Assembly (NCBI GenBank): GCA_013416795.1 | Contig: RQSC01000008.1 | Coordinates: 8,767-72,766 of the forward strand | Source: Prasinococcaceae sp. CCMP 1430 | Taxonomy: Eukaryota > Plantae > Prasinodermophyta | Direction of reading: 5' to 3' | Length of the DNA: 64,000 bases | In this document: positions 1-10,546 of the stretch, piece after piece | Layout of the letters: every line of letters begins with the position of its first letter | How positions within the stretch are numbered: position 1 is the stretch's first letter | Notes under the pieces: model-generated | Databases searched by the model: none | What the model was told of the DNA's origin: nothing | The model's input: the letters and a program-made list of their open reading frames with translations, nothing else | Position numbers and translations under genes: made by a program

Positions 1-27
1 GGGCGCGGCGGGGCGCCGGCGAGGGCG

Positions 28-1515
28 ATGGCCGCGGGCGCGCCGGCTATCGCGGGCGTGCTACGCGACGCGTCGCTCGGAGGCGCGCGAGGCACGTGGA
101 TCGCGGGCGAGTGGGAGGCCGAGGGCGAGCTCGGCACGCTCGGCGTGACCGACCCCGCCACGGGCAAGGAGATCGCGCGTGTGCCGAAGAACGGCGCGGC
201 CGACGCCGCCCGCGCTGTCGCCGCCGCCAAGGACGCCTTCCCGGCGTGGGCGGCGCTGCCCGCCAAGCAGCGCAGCAGCGTGCTGCGGCGCTGGTATGAC
301 CTCATCGTCGAAAACACGGACGACCTGGCCGCGCTCATGACCGCCGAGGCGGGCAAGCCGCTGGCCGAGTCGCGAGGCGAGGTGGCGTACGCCGCCGTCT
401 TCGTCGAGTGGTTCGCCGAGGAGGGCCGGCGCATCGCCGGCGACGTGCTGGAGAGCCCGGTCCCTGGGAGGCGCATCGTGTCCATCAAACAACCCGTCGG
501 CGTGGTCGCGGCCATCACGCCGTGGAACTTCCCGCTGGCGATGGTGACGCGCAAGGTGGCGCCCGCGCTCGCGGTGGGCTGCACGGTGGTCATCAAGCCC
601 TCGGAGGAGACGCCTCTCAGCTGCCTGGCGCTCCTGGAGCTCGCGGAGCGCGCGGGCGTCCCCGCGGGCGTGCTCAACGCCGTCATGGGCGACGCGCCTG
701 CCATCGGGGGCGTGCTGTGCTCTTCAAAGGCCGTGCGCAAGCTCACGTTCACCGGCTCCACCGCCGTGGGCAAGATCCTGCTCAAGCAGTGCGCGGACAC
801 GGTCAAGAAGGTCAGTCTCGAGCTCGGGGGAAACGCGCCGCTGCTCGTGTTCGAGGACGCCGACCTGGACGCGGCGGTCGCGGGCTGCCTCTCACTGAAG
901 TTCAAGAACGCCGGGCAGGTGTGCGTGACCGTCAACCGCGCCATGGTGCACGAATCCGTGTACGACGACTTCTGCGCGCGCCTCGCCGAGGCCACCTCCA
1001 AGCTCAGCGTCGGGCCGGGCGGCGACGCGGGCGTGCAGATGGGGCCGCTCATAAACGAGCGCGCGCCGGACCGCGCCGCCGAGCACGTCGCCGATGCCGT
1101 CTCCAGGGGCGCCGAGTGCCTCACCGGCGGCGCGCGCTACTCCGACGAGCGCCCGGCGTCCTTCTTTCAGCCTACCGTGCTCAAGGGCGTCACCCCCGAC
1201 ATGCGCATATACCGCGAGGAGACCTTCGGCCCCGTCGCCGGCGTGGTGAGGTTTTCCACCGAGGAGGAGGCCGTCGCGATGGCCAACGACACCGACTACG
1301 GCCTGGCCGCCTACCTGTACACCAAGGACATGTCACGCTCCTGGCGCGTGGCCGAGGCGCTCGAGTACGGCATCGTGGGCGTCAACGAGACCGCCTGCTC
1401 CAACGAGATCGCGCCGTTCGGCGGATGCAAGGAGTCGGGCCTCGGGCGCGAGGGCGGCCTCGTGGGCGTGGACGACTTCCTGGAGATCAAGGGCATCACC
1501 TTCGGGGCGATCTGA
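28..1515 (+). CDS. SSADH: Succinate-semialdehyde dehydrogenase (ALDH5/GabD family), intronless
   Basis: ALDH motifs ITPWNFP, FTGSTAVGK, SLELGGNAP, catalytic Cys in NAGQVC, EETFGP, PFGGCKESGLGREG. Confidence 0.92.
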   Translation: MAAGAPAIAGVLRDASLGGARGTWIAGEWEAEGELGTLGVTDPATGKEIARVPKNGAADAARAVAAAKDAFPAWAALPAKQRSSVLRRWYDLIVENTDDLAALMTAEAGKPLAESRGEVAYAAVFVEWFAEEGRRIAGDVLESPVPGRRIVSIKQPVGVVAAITPWNFPLAMVTRKVAPALAVGCTVVIKPSEETPLSCLALLELAERAGVPAGVLNAVMGDAPAIGGVLCSSKAVRKLTFTGSTAVGKILLKQCADTVKKVSLELGGNAPLLVFEDADLDAAVAGCLSLKFKNAGQVCVTVNRAMVHESVYDDFCARLAEATSKLSVGPGGDAGVQMGPLINERAPDRAAEHVADAVSRGAECLTGGARYSDERPASFFQPTVLKGVTPDMRIYREETFGPVAGVVRFSTEEEAVAMANDTDYGLAAYLYTKDMSRSWRVAEALEYGIVGVNETACSNEIAPFGGCKESGLGREGGLVGVDDFLEIKGITFGAI

Positions 1516-1831
1516 GCCATCGGCCGATCCGATGCCCTCCGTGCGCCCTCGAGGCCGCGGCGCGCACGAGCGCCCGGGCGAGAGAGCGCGAGGTCCGGGG
1601 GAACGGCGGGACGGGCGCCCACCGTCCTCCTGCGGCTGTATAAAAGACATATGATTACATCCGACCCATGCTCCAGGCGTGCGCTTTCCCTCGTGTCGCC
1701 GCCGCAGCGGGTCTCGGGTGGGCGCGCCCACCGCGGGCGGCGCGCGCGGCGCCCCATCTGCGCGCGCGCACGAGAGAGAGGGGGGGGGGGGGAGCGAGAG
1801 AAAGGGCAGGACTGGCTGGTGGGTTCGCAGC

Positions 1832-2275
1832 TCAGCCGTCCCCCACATCGGTCTCGGCGGCAATGCCCGTCGCGGCGAACGACCCCTCCCAGTCGCGGCC
1901 GTCGAAGTCGGCGAAGGTGACCACGTCGGCGGTGCCCTCGTCGATGCAGTGGACGTTGACGCCAAAGCCGTCGGGGTTTGACCTGGGCACGTAGAATGGG
2001 CAAATGCCGCAGGTCGAGCAGAAGAGGTGCCTCGCGGTGTGCGTGCCGAAGCGGTACTCGCTGATGACGCGGTGCGCCGACCCGTCCCCGCCCGCGCGCG
2101 GCGCGGTCGCGTCGAGAGCCGCGGGGGCGAGCAGGCGGAAGCGTGCCGCCGGCACCATGGTGTGGTCGTTGCGCTTCATCGCGCAGATGGAGCAGTTGCA
2201 GCGCCACGCCTTGAGCCGTGGCCCCCCCTCGAACTCGAAGCGCACCGCGCCGCAGTGGCAGCCGCCGCGGTGCAC
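1832..2275 (-). CDS. GFA / CENP-V-like zinc-binding protein (5' end uncertain)
   Basis: HRGGCHCGAVRF, CNCSIC, HLFCSTCGICPFY, RSNPDG-VNVHC. No in-frame ATG found just upstream (ORF opens at GTG). Confidence 0.85.
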   Translation of the reverse strand: MHRGGCHCGAVRFEFEGGPRLKAWRCNCSICAMKRNDHTMVPAARFRLLAPAALDATAPRAGGDGSAHRVISEYRFGTHTARHLFCSTCGICPFYVPRSNPDGFGVNVHCIDEGTADVVTFADFDGRDWEGSFAATGIAAETDVGDG

Positions 2276-3220
2276 GACCGGCCCGCCGGGGCACGCGCCC
2301 GCGAATGTCAGCCTTGGCCCAGAGGCCGAGCGACGCCGCGCCCCCCCCGGCCGCGGCGCTGACGTGCACGCCGCGGTCGCCCCGACGAGCCGCGGGTCTC
2401 TGCTCGCCCCGAGGATGAGCTGGGAATTGTCCTCCCCGCACCCACACCCCGTGTTCTGCCTTTTTTATTTTATTTTATTTTCTTTTTTATTCCCCTGCAT
2501 CGCTCGGGATGTGCAAAGAACAAACAAAACCAAAACAGAACAAACACACAGGCAACGCGCACGAATCGCCGCTCCTCGTGCGAGACCATCGGTCGGATGG
2601 AGCGCCGCGCGGGGCCTCGAGCCCCGTCGGCGTTCAAGTTCATTCGCGCGTTCCGTTCCTCCCAGTTCCTCCCAGGGACGCTGGTGAGTTCGAAGGCGTG
2701 CGCTCCCCGCTGCGGAGGCGCGCCTCGCGGGCCTCGCCTCGCGGCCGGCCGAGCGCGTGTTCGGCCCGGGCCGGAACTTTGCGGTGTCGCTCGGGCGGCC
2801 GCTCCGCGTTTCGCGCACTTTGCCGCGCACCCCGCCCGCGCGCGCGGCGCATCGCGAAAACGCTAAATTTACGGAAACGTGGCGCGCGTTGGCGCCGTTG
2901 CGGGCGGGCGTCGGTCGGCCGAAACGACGCGCGCGCCGACCGACCGGGCGGACGCACACAGAGTTGGTAGGACGACGCGATCCTTTCTATGATCCTGCCG
3001 GTTCGGTGGCCCCACGCCATGATGCATACTGCGACGGAAGGGGGCGTGGCGCGGCGCGGCGGCGCGCGGCGCGGCGTCCTGCCCGGCCCGGAATTCGGAA
3101 TTTCGTTCGAAATGCGGAAACGGAAAAAACGCTGGGCGTTTTCGCGCTCCGCTTTTTCGCGCGGCCCGGCGGCGCGCCTCCCTAATCGGCTAATCGCGGC
3201 GGCGCGCCGCCCGCGCGCGC

Positions 3221-3361
3221 CGCTTCCGGAAATTTTGCGGAAACGGAAACGTTACCGTGCGTTACGCAGGATGTGATATGCCGCACCATCTATTGGCAGC
3301 CGCGCGGGCGGGGCGCGCCGGCGCGCAACGCTTCCGGAAATTTTGCGGAAACGGAAACGTT
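3221..3361. repeat. 33-bp perfect direct repeat CGCTTCCGGAAATTTTGCGGAAACGGAAACGTT (3221-3253, 3329-3361) in divergent intergenic region
   Basis: Two identical copies 108 bp apart; partial GCGGAAACGGAAA copies near 3115 and 25913. Confidence 0.85.
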
Positions 3362-4909
3362 CGTTACGCGATATGTCATCATCATGCTCCACCATCGATC
3401 GAATCTTCATTCTCATTCGATTGCGGTCATAGGCGTCTCGCCCTGGTCGGGCGTCCCAACGTTGCGATCTGTAATAAGGACGGCGCGTTGACTGTGCCTT
3501 GTCCACGTCACCAACCCCCGTCACCGCGTCCTCGCCCACGTGGGGCCGCGCGTCATATCTTTTCGTATCTTCACGATCTTCCGTCTCCAGTCTCTTTCAC
3601 CGATGGCCTCGGCTGGCGCGTCATTGCGTCCAGGTCAAAACGCATGCGAGGCGGCTGGGCGACATCGCGGGCCGCGCGCTCGACCGGGCCGGCCGAGGCC
3701 GGCCGAGGCTCGGGCGAACGCGCGGCGCGCGCACGCCGCCCGCATGCTCTCTCTCGTACGAGGTCGGGTGGCTGGCTGGCTCACGGGGGGCGCGTGTCCG
3801 CCGCGACGCGCCTCGATCGGATCGATCGATCGATCGATGCCCCCGACGGCGTGGACGCCCCTTCGCGTGGCGCCTCTGCGCACGTGATGCGAGAGCGTCA
3901 CATCCATATGGCATGAGTGAGTAAGAATGCATTCGATCGATCGAGGCCATCGATCGATCGATCGACGCTGCCTCGTCGCTACGGCCAACGAAACGGACGG
4001 GAACGAAACGCTCCGACGAACGAGGACGTTAGCTGAGCGCGCGCGTGCGGGCGGGGGCCAGCCGGCGGACGGACGCGTTTCGCGGCCGCCGTTTTCGGGC
4101 CGCGCGTTCCGTCGGTTTCGCGGCGCGAGACACGTCGGTCGGCACGGTCAGCGTGCGCGCGCCGCCGGCCGCGCAATCCGCCCGGCCCCCGGGACGCTGT
4201 CAATGCGCGCGCCGAAGAGCGCCCCGCGCGGGAAAACGACTTGGCACGGCGCCGTCGACGAGAGAGTCCATGCCATGCGCAGACGCAGCCCAACCCAGTC
4301 CCGCCACCACTTGAGAGCGGACGCGCGGTATATCTGGTACTGTACCTGGTATCGAGACCTGGTAGAATCAGATTCAATTCCGACTGCGAGCGTGTCCCGA
4401 GTGCGCGGGTTGCTTTCAGCGTCAAACTTTGAACCAGGCATTATTGCCGAGGTCATTTTCCGACATGTCGTTGTCGGCCTTTGTTATGTCTCGCTTGGGG
4501 CGAATTTGGGCGCGCGCGCACTGATCGCCGATCGGCGGCAGCGCCACAGCGCGAACAGCCGCCGCGACCTCGGGGTTCCCGCCACGCCGTCCAGAGGGGG
4601 AGAGGAGGGGGAGGGCGCGGAAGGCGACGGCGGCGACCATGGCGAGCGAGGGGGGCTCCGCGCAGGAGACGGCGGCGCTCGTGCTCGACAACGGCAGCGG
4701 AATGTGCGCGCGCGGGACGCGCGGCGCGGGAGCGAGACCGAAGGGGGTGCGCCCCGGCTCAAGTCGCGGGCCCCGGGGAGGCTGGGCGAGGTCGAGGAGG
4801 GGGAAAGGAGGAGGCAGGCAAGGCGAGCGGTGGTGCGTGCGTGTGTGTGTGTTTTGAGGGTGGGAGGGGCGGCGCGTCGGCGCCTCGGTGGCGCGCGCAC
4901 GGAGCGGCG

Positions 4910-7536
4910 ATGTGGTCCAATGCGCCCGGCGCGGGCGGCGCAGCGCTCGGGGATGGCAACGCCGGCGGGGGGCAGGCTGGCGGCAGGCCAGAGAAGGATG
5001 ATGCACCGGAGGGCAGCGGCGACGTGGGGGGTGGAGGCGTGGGCGATGCCGCCGGCAGCGCGCAGGGGGGCGGCGCGTCCGCCATTGCCGCCGCTTCCGC
5101 TCCGGGCGCCTCGGCCGCACCTGCACCGGATGCCGCAGCCTCGGGGGCGAGCGCCGCAGCCGCGGCGGCGGCTGCCGGCCGGACGAGCGAAGCTGCCCCT
5201 CCAACAGATCCGAGCGGCGGTGCTCGGGCCGGGCCGAGCGCCACCACCGCCGGGCGGAGCGAGGCAGACGCCGGACCGAAGCAGGTGCCACGGCCGAGCG
5301 CCGCAGCAGCAGCCGCCGCTGCCCCGGCGAGCAAAGCTGCTCGAACAGACCCGAGCGGTGGCGCTCCCGCCCGGGGCCGGAGCGCCCCCGCCGTCGGGCG
5401 GAGCGAGGCAGACGCCGCCGGGAAGAGAGCCGCCGGGAAGAGCGACGCCCGACCGAAGCAGGTGCTCACCTTTCGTGGCAACACCATAAGCGTGTGCACC
5501 GACCAGGGGACGGTGCGCGTCGTGTCGCGCAACGGCCTCGGCGTGCCCAAGTCGGCCGACGGTGCCAAGCTCGCCGCCGCTGCGGGACTTGCGGGTGTCT
5601 TGCAGAACCAGAACGGTTCGACGGTGCCACGCGGCATCACGTGTCACAAGGTGCGTGCGCCCGGGGCGCGAGCGTGGCCACGGCGAGCCGGCGCGTCGCG
5701 AACGCGAGTCTCGGCCGCTGCTGCGGCCGCTGCTGCGCACACGCAAGCGAGCGGTCCCTGACTACTTCGCACACGCCCCCTCACACACACCCCACCCGCA
5801 CGCACACACACCCTTTCCCGCCGCGCGCGCACCAGTGCGCCGGCAAGCTGCACCGCGCGCCTCAGTCGAGCGCGACGTGCGAGCAGTGCGGCATCTCGTT
5901 CCACACGTACGACTGCGGCCATCGCTACGAGGACGTCGGCATGACCGAATACATCCGGGCGCACCCCAAGGAATGCCCCAAGTGCAACCATATTTGCGTC
6001 TGCTCGGGCGGAAAGGTGCTGTGCAACGCGGCCAAGGCCAAAGCCGCGCGCCGCGCGCGGAAGGAGGAGCGCCTGGCGGCTGGATTGCCGTACCCGCCCC
6101 GCCGCGAGACTGCGGTGTCGGGGCGCCCAAGGGCGCGACCCCGCCCGCTCACCGCCATGAAGGGTGCCGCGAGCAACATCCTTGGCACAGCGAAGGCGGC
6201 GGGGATCGAGCCGCCGAACAAGCGCCAGCGTCGCGCGCCGTTGGGCGGCGGTGAAGGAATCCAGCGGCAAGCCCCGCAGTACACGGCCGCGGCATTGCAG
6301 GCGATGCAGGCACAGGCCATGGCCCAAGCGATGGCCAACGACCCCTCGCACAACGCCCTGCATCATCAGCTGTACCAGCTGCAAGCACTCCAAGGGGCGG
6401 TGGGCGCGGGCGCGGCGAGCGCGCTTTTGCCGCTTGCGAATGATGGGCGTGGCGCGCCCCCGATGCAGAGCGCGATCATCCAGGCGCAGCAGGCGCAACA
6501 GCGCCCCTTGGCCAACACGCTCAACACCTCCTTGATCGTGCCACCGCTGGGGGGAGCACACGTGTCGCCGAGTCAGCAGGCTGGCCTCGTCACCAACAGT
6601 GGTGAGACCGCGCGAGTGGCTTTGAGCCATGCTAGCGTGGCGATGAATGCAGGGGCCATGGATCTCGCGGTCAGCGCCATGCAGCCCAACGGAATACCTC
6701 ATGCGCAGGTCCAGCAGGGCGCCATGCTGGCCGCACAGCAGCAGAGGCAGGGGCAGCAGGACATCGTGGGACAGGCGCAGCAGCTGATTGCGCGTCTAGC
6801 GCAGCAGCAGGCGCTGCTGGAACAGCAGACGCAGCAGCTCAATCAGCAACAGATGGAGTTGCTGCGCGCACAGCAGCAGGCGCAGCAGCAGATGCAACGC
6901 ATGCAGCACGAGCAGCACGCACAGGCGGCGCAGCGAGTGCAGCAGCAGCAGCAGCGGCGGCAGCAGCAACGGGAGCATCAAGAAACACAGCAGCAGGTGC
7001 AACAGCTCGCGCTACAGCAGGCGCTGCAGCAGGCGCAGCAACGAGAGGAGCAGATGATTGGGCATCAAGTGCAGTTGATGCAGGCGGCCCAACCCGCCAC
7101 TTTTCTGGGAGGCGGTCCTGGGCTGCCCCCCAGCATTGCACTTCCGAATGCACCGCAAGGTGCAGCCGCCGCCGGTCGCGCGGGCGGTGATCAAGCCATA
7201 GCATCCCTCCAAGCGACGATCGCGAGCCTCCGCGAGGAGCTCGCCACGGTGCGCGGCAAGCATGAGGATGGGAAAGCGGAGACCGGCAGGTCGGGCGGCC
7301 TGACCGCCACCGTGGCTCTCCAAGGAGAGTCGCCGAAGTCAAAGGGCGAGGGCAGGAGTGCAGCAGCAGGCGCCGCGAAGCAGGTGAAAAGCGGCGCCCG
7401 GGCACCTCAACGTGCGGCCCGCACGATCGACCAGGACGACGCCGATGCCGCAGCTGTGCTGCTGGGTCTGATGCCTGCCGCGCGCCCGCGCGGCCGCAAG
7501 AACAAAAGCAAGAAGAAGGATCTCCCCAAGGCGTAG
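4910..7536 (+). CDS. zf-4CXXC_R1-like zinc-finger protein with Q-rich region; exons about 4910-5650 and 5836-7536 (start uncertain)
   Basis: Splicing GT at 5651 to CAG at 5835 joins TCHK to CAGK...CEQC...C...HRY...CPKCNHICVCS. Poly-Q region and basic C-terminal NLS-like tail. Confidence 0.65.
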
Positions 7537-8066
7537 AAAAAAGACGCGGGTACTGACACTCCAGGCCACCGAAGCATTCGAATGGGTGTCCTCGACCGCA
7601 CGCCCAGCGCCACAAGACCTCGCCGGCTGTCAGCGCACGCGCGCGAGGGCACGTGGCACTGTCATCTGGTCACGGTGAGGGCAGACGGCAGCTCTATGTC
7701 GCCCTCATGGCCGCCAGCAGTCCAACTAATGCGAAATTGTTTTTGCATCCATCGATCGATACGCGCGCTCGCCGCGACCATCCTGTTGCACGATCTTGCC
7801 CCGCCAGGTCGTCCTGCCCCCCCCACGGAATTTTTTTGATTCTCGCGACGATGTTCCTCCTGTGCGAAACTTTTATTTTTATTGCCCCGCATTTTCGACC
7901 ATAAACAAAAACACCGCCGTCAAAAAACTGTTCCTTTCATGGACTCCTTAGTATTTTCGAGCACTTTTCGTTTGTGATTTCGATCACATTGCGTGAATTT
8001 CCAAATCCCAAAACACAACAGCCGTGAAATAGAGCGGACTGTACGAACTTCTCCGTTATTACGTGC

Positions 8067-9740
8067 TCAGCTGAGCTCCCCGACGGGCGCCTCCTCGAGC
8101 CATAGCTGGTGTATGAAGGTGTACAGCTCGTCAGACACGGACACCTTGTATGGCGTGGGGTTGAGCGGCCGCAGGTGATCTTGGCGCATGCGGCTTATTG
8201 ACTTGCGGCAGTGCTCGCGGGCGGGGGCAATGTGGGGGCGGGCAGGGAGGGGATCGACGAGCGCGCCATCCCACACGACGTTGAGCAGCCGCTCCACTCT
8301 CGTCGGGACGACAAACGCGCGCTTTGACTCCGCAAAGGGGTGCCGGCACAGTATGCGCTGGCCTGCCCGCGGCGGCTCCTCGTTCTCGCCCATGATGAGG
8401 TCCAGCAGTGCGAGCCCTTCCTTCCCGAAGATACGAAAGGCCTGCTTCTTGCCCGGGATGGTCACCTTGGCGACGTCCTCGCTGAGCTTGATGCGCGGCG
8501 TGCCGTTCATCTCCACGAGCTTGTACACGCCGCCAAGGGCGGGCTGCTTGTAGCAGGTCACAAGATGCGTGCCGATGCCAAACGCGTCGATTGCGTGCCC
8601 CTGCTCGTTCAGACTCAGCAAGACGTCCTCGTGGATGTCGTTGGACGCCACAATCGACACCTTGGCAAGCGCATCCACCTGGTCGGGCACGAGCACCTGT
8701 CCTGTGAGTGTGATGATCTCCCTACACTGCTTGGAGAGGTACGCCAGGTCGCCGCTGTCGAGCCTCAGCCCGAGCGGCGCGTAGCCCAGCTCGATGAGCG
8801 CGAGCGCCACTGCCATGAAGTTTGGAAGGCCGGAGCGCATCACATCGTACGTGTCCACCAGCGCCAAAAAGCCACGCGGGAACGCCAGCGCGTACGCCAC
8901 GAATGCAGCGAGCTCGGAGCGGTTGGTGTCGTCCCCCACGAGCGCTCGCAGCGCGGGGATGCTCTGGATGAGCGCGAGCTTGTCGAGCACGAGCGGGGCG
9001 AGCTCCACGGCAGAGCCGTTGCCAGCGGCGCGCTCTAGCGTTCGCCCCTCGACCTCATCGAAGCTCGTGAAGCTAGACACGAACGAGTGGGCGTGCGTCC
9101 CCTTCACGGGCATGTCGAATATCGAGCCCGCTGCGACGTTGGAGGTCGCATCGAAGCCGCCCAAGTACGCGTACCGCGCCGCGGACACGCCGCCGTCCGG
9201 GCCCTGCGCGCGGCGAAGCCCGAACTCGAGCAGTTGTTTGTCAGGTCCTACGGCCTGCCTGTGCCTAGCGGCGTTCGTCGCAACCAGGCTGGCGTAGTTC
9301 ACCAGGCTGAGGATGGTCGTCTCGAGCAGCTGGACGACACCCACCGGCCCCTCGAGGCGCAGCAGCGGCACGCGCGGGAATACGACGGTGCCCTCGGCGA
9401 TCGCGTACACTTTGAGCTGCGACATGTCGAGCGCGGCCAGGTAGTCGAAGAAGGCATCCTCGCAGCGCCCCCCGAGGATGACGCGCAGCTTGTCGACGTC
9501 GTCCGCGGTGAATCTGTAGGCGTGGATGAACCTGAGCACCTCATCTAGCCCGGCGAACACCGCGTACTCGCCGTTGAAGGGGTTCTTGCGAAAGAAGACG
9601 TCGAAGACGGCCGTGTCCTCGTGCTTGCCCGCCCGGAAGTACGCGTACGCCATCGTGATTTGATACAGGTCGGTGAGCATGGGCGTGACGAGTGCGTTGG
9701 TTGGCGCCGCGGCGCCCTCGCCGCCTCGGGAGGCCGCCAT
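8067..9740 (-). CDS. NAPRT: Nicotinate phosphoribosyltransferase
   Basis: MLTDLYQITMAYAY, LEFGLRRAQG, GTHAHSFV, LVDTYD, RLDSGDLAYLS, FGIGTHLVTC, RIKLSED; likely ATG at 9740. Confidence 0.95.
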   Translation of the reverse strand: MAASRGGEGAAAPTNALVTPMLTDLYQITMAYAYFRAGKHEDTAVFDVFFRKNPFNGEYAVFAGLDEVLRFIHAYRFTADDVDKLRVILGGRCEDAFFDYLAALDMSQLKVYAIAEGTVVFPRVPLLRLEGPVGVVQLLETTILSLVNYASLVATNAARHRQAVGPDKQLLEFGLRRAQGPDGGVSAARYAYLGGFDATSNVAAGSIFDMPVKGTHAHSFVSSFTSFDEVEGRTLERAAGNGSAVELAPLVLDKLALIQSIPALRALVGDDTNRSELAAFVAYALAFPRGFLALVDTYDVMRSGLPNFMAVALALIELGYAPLGLRLDSGDLAYLSKQCREIITLTGQVLVPDQVDALAKVSIVASNDIHEDVLLSLNEQGHAIDAFGIGTHLVTCYKQPALGGVYKLVEMNGTPRIKLSEDVAKVTIPGKKQAFRIFGKEGLALLDLIMGENEEPPRAGQRILCRHPFAESKRAFVVPTRVERLLNVVWDGALVDPLPARPHIAPAREHCRKSISRMRQDHLRPLNPTPYKVSVSDELYTFIHQLWLEEAPVGELS

Positions 9741-10546
9741 CGCGGCCGCCAAGGGGCGGCTCTCTCTCTCTCTCTCTCCCGCGCTGTCGCGCGCTGTCGC
9801 GCGCACGCGCGCGCGGGCGCGCGCGGGCGCACGTCCCGCCCCGCCCCGCCCCGCCCCGCCCCACCCCGCACGCGAGCGTACTGCGGCGGCTTCCGGGTCG
9901 AGCGGGAGGGTGCCGACCGACCCCCGCCTGGCTGATGGCACTAAATGAAGGCCCGCCCTCCTTGAACTCTCCCGTGGTTATATTAAATGTCTGATCGTGT
10001 GGTTTGTGCCCCGCGTCGCCCGCCTCTGCGCGTCCGCGCGCGCGCCTCTGCGCGCGGTGGTTGCGCGTGCGTTTTTCGCGAGCGCCGAAACTCGAATCGA
10101 ATTCGCGGAAGGGCGTCGCGGGCGCCCGGCGAAAGCGAAGGCGTCGAAACGCGCGCGCGCGCGGCGGAGCGCCGTTTCGCCGCGCGGGCGGCGCGCATCG
10201 GCACCCGCCCGAAGGGCGGTTCGGGCGAGGCCCCGATTCGACGGAAGGGGAATTTCGGGAAGAGACACGGGCGGAAAGCGCGGAAGAGCGACGCGCGAAA
10301 GAGGGCAAAGGCCGCGAGTGGGAGCGCGCAGGCGCACGCGCAGGCCGGGACGCACCACGCCGACACGAGCGTGTGGGGGGTGAGGGGGGGGGGGTGGGGA
10401 GGAGGGGACGCGCTTGCGGGGGCGCCACAGGCTGCGCGGCCGCGCTGCGCCCTGCCCCGTCACCACCGCGGGGCAAAAGCTCACCCCCCCCCCCACCCCC
10501 ACCCCCACCCCGGGCGGGCTCCGCGGGGCCTGGGAGGGGGGCGTGC

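Noticed and set aside
2990-3000. GATCCTGCC resembling the 18S rRNA 5' end
   Set aside because: Only 9 nt match; the following sequence is not rRNA-like.
4995-5010. DDAP motif downstream of the actin-like exon as a continuation of actin
   Set aside because: Only four residues in low-complexity context; flanks do not match KAGFAG/RAVF.
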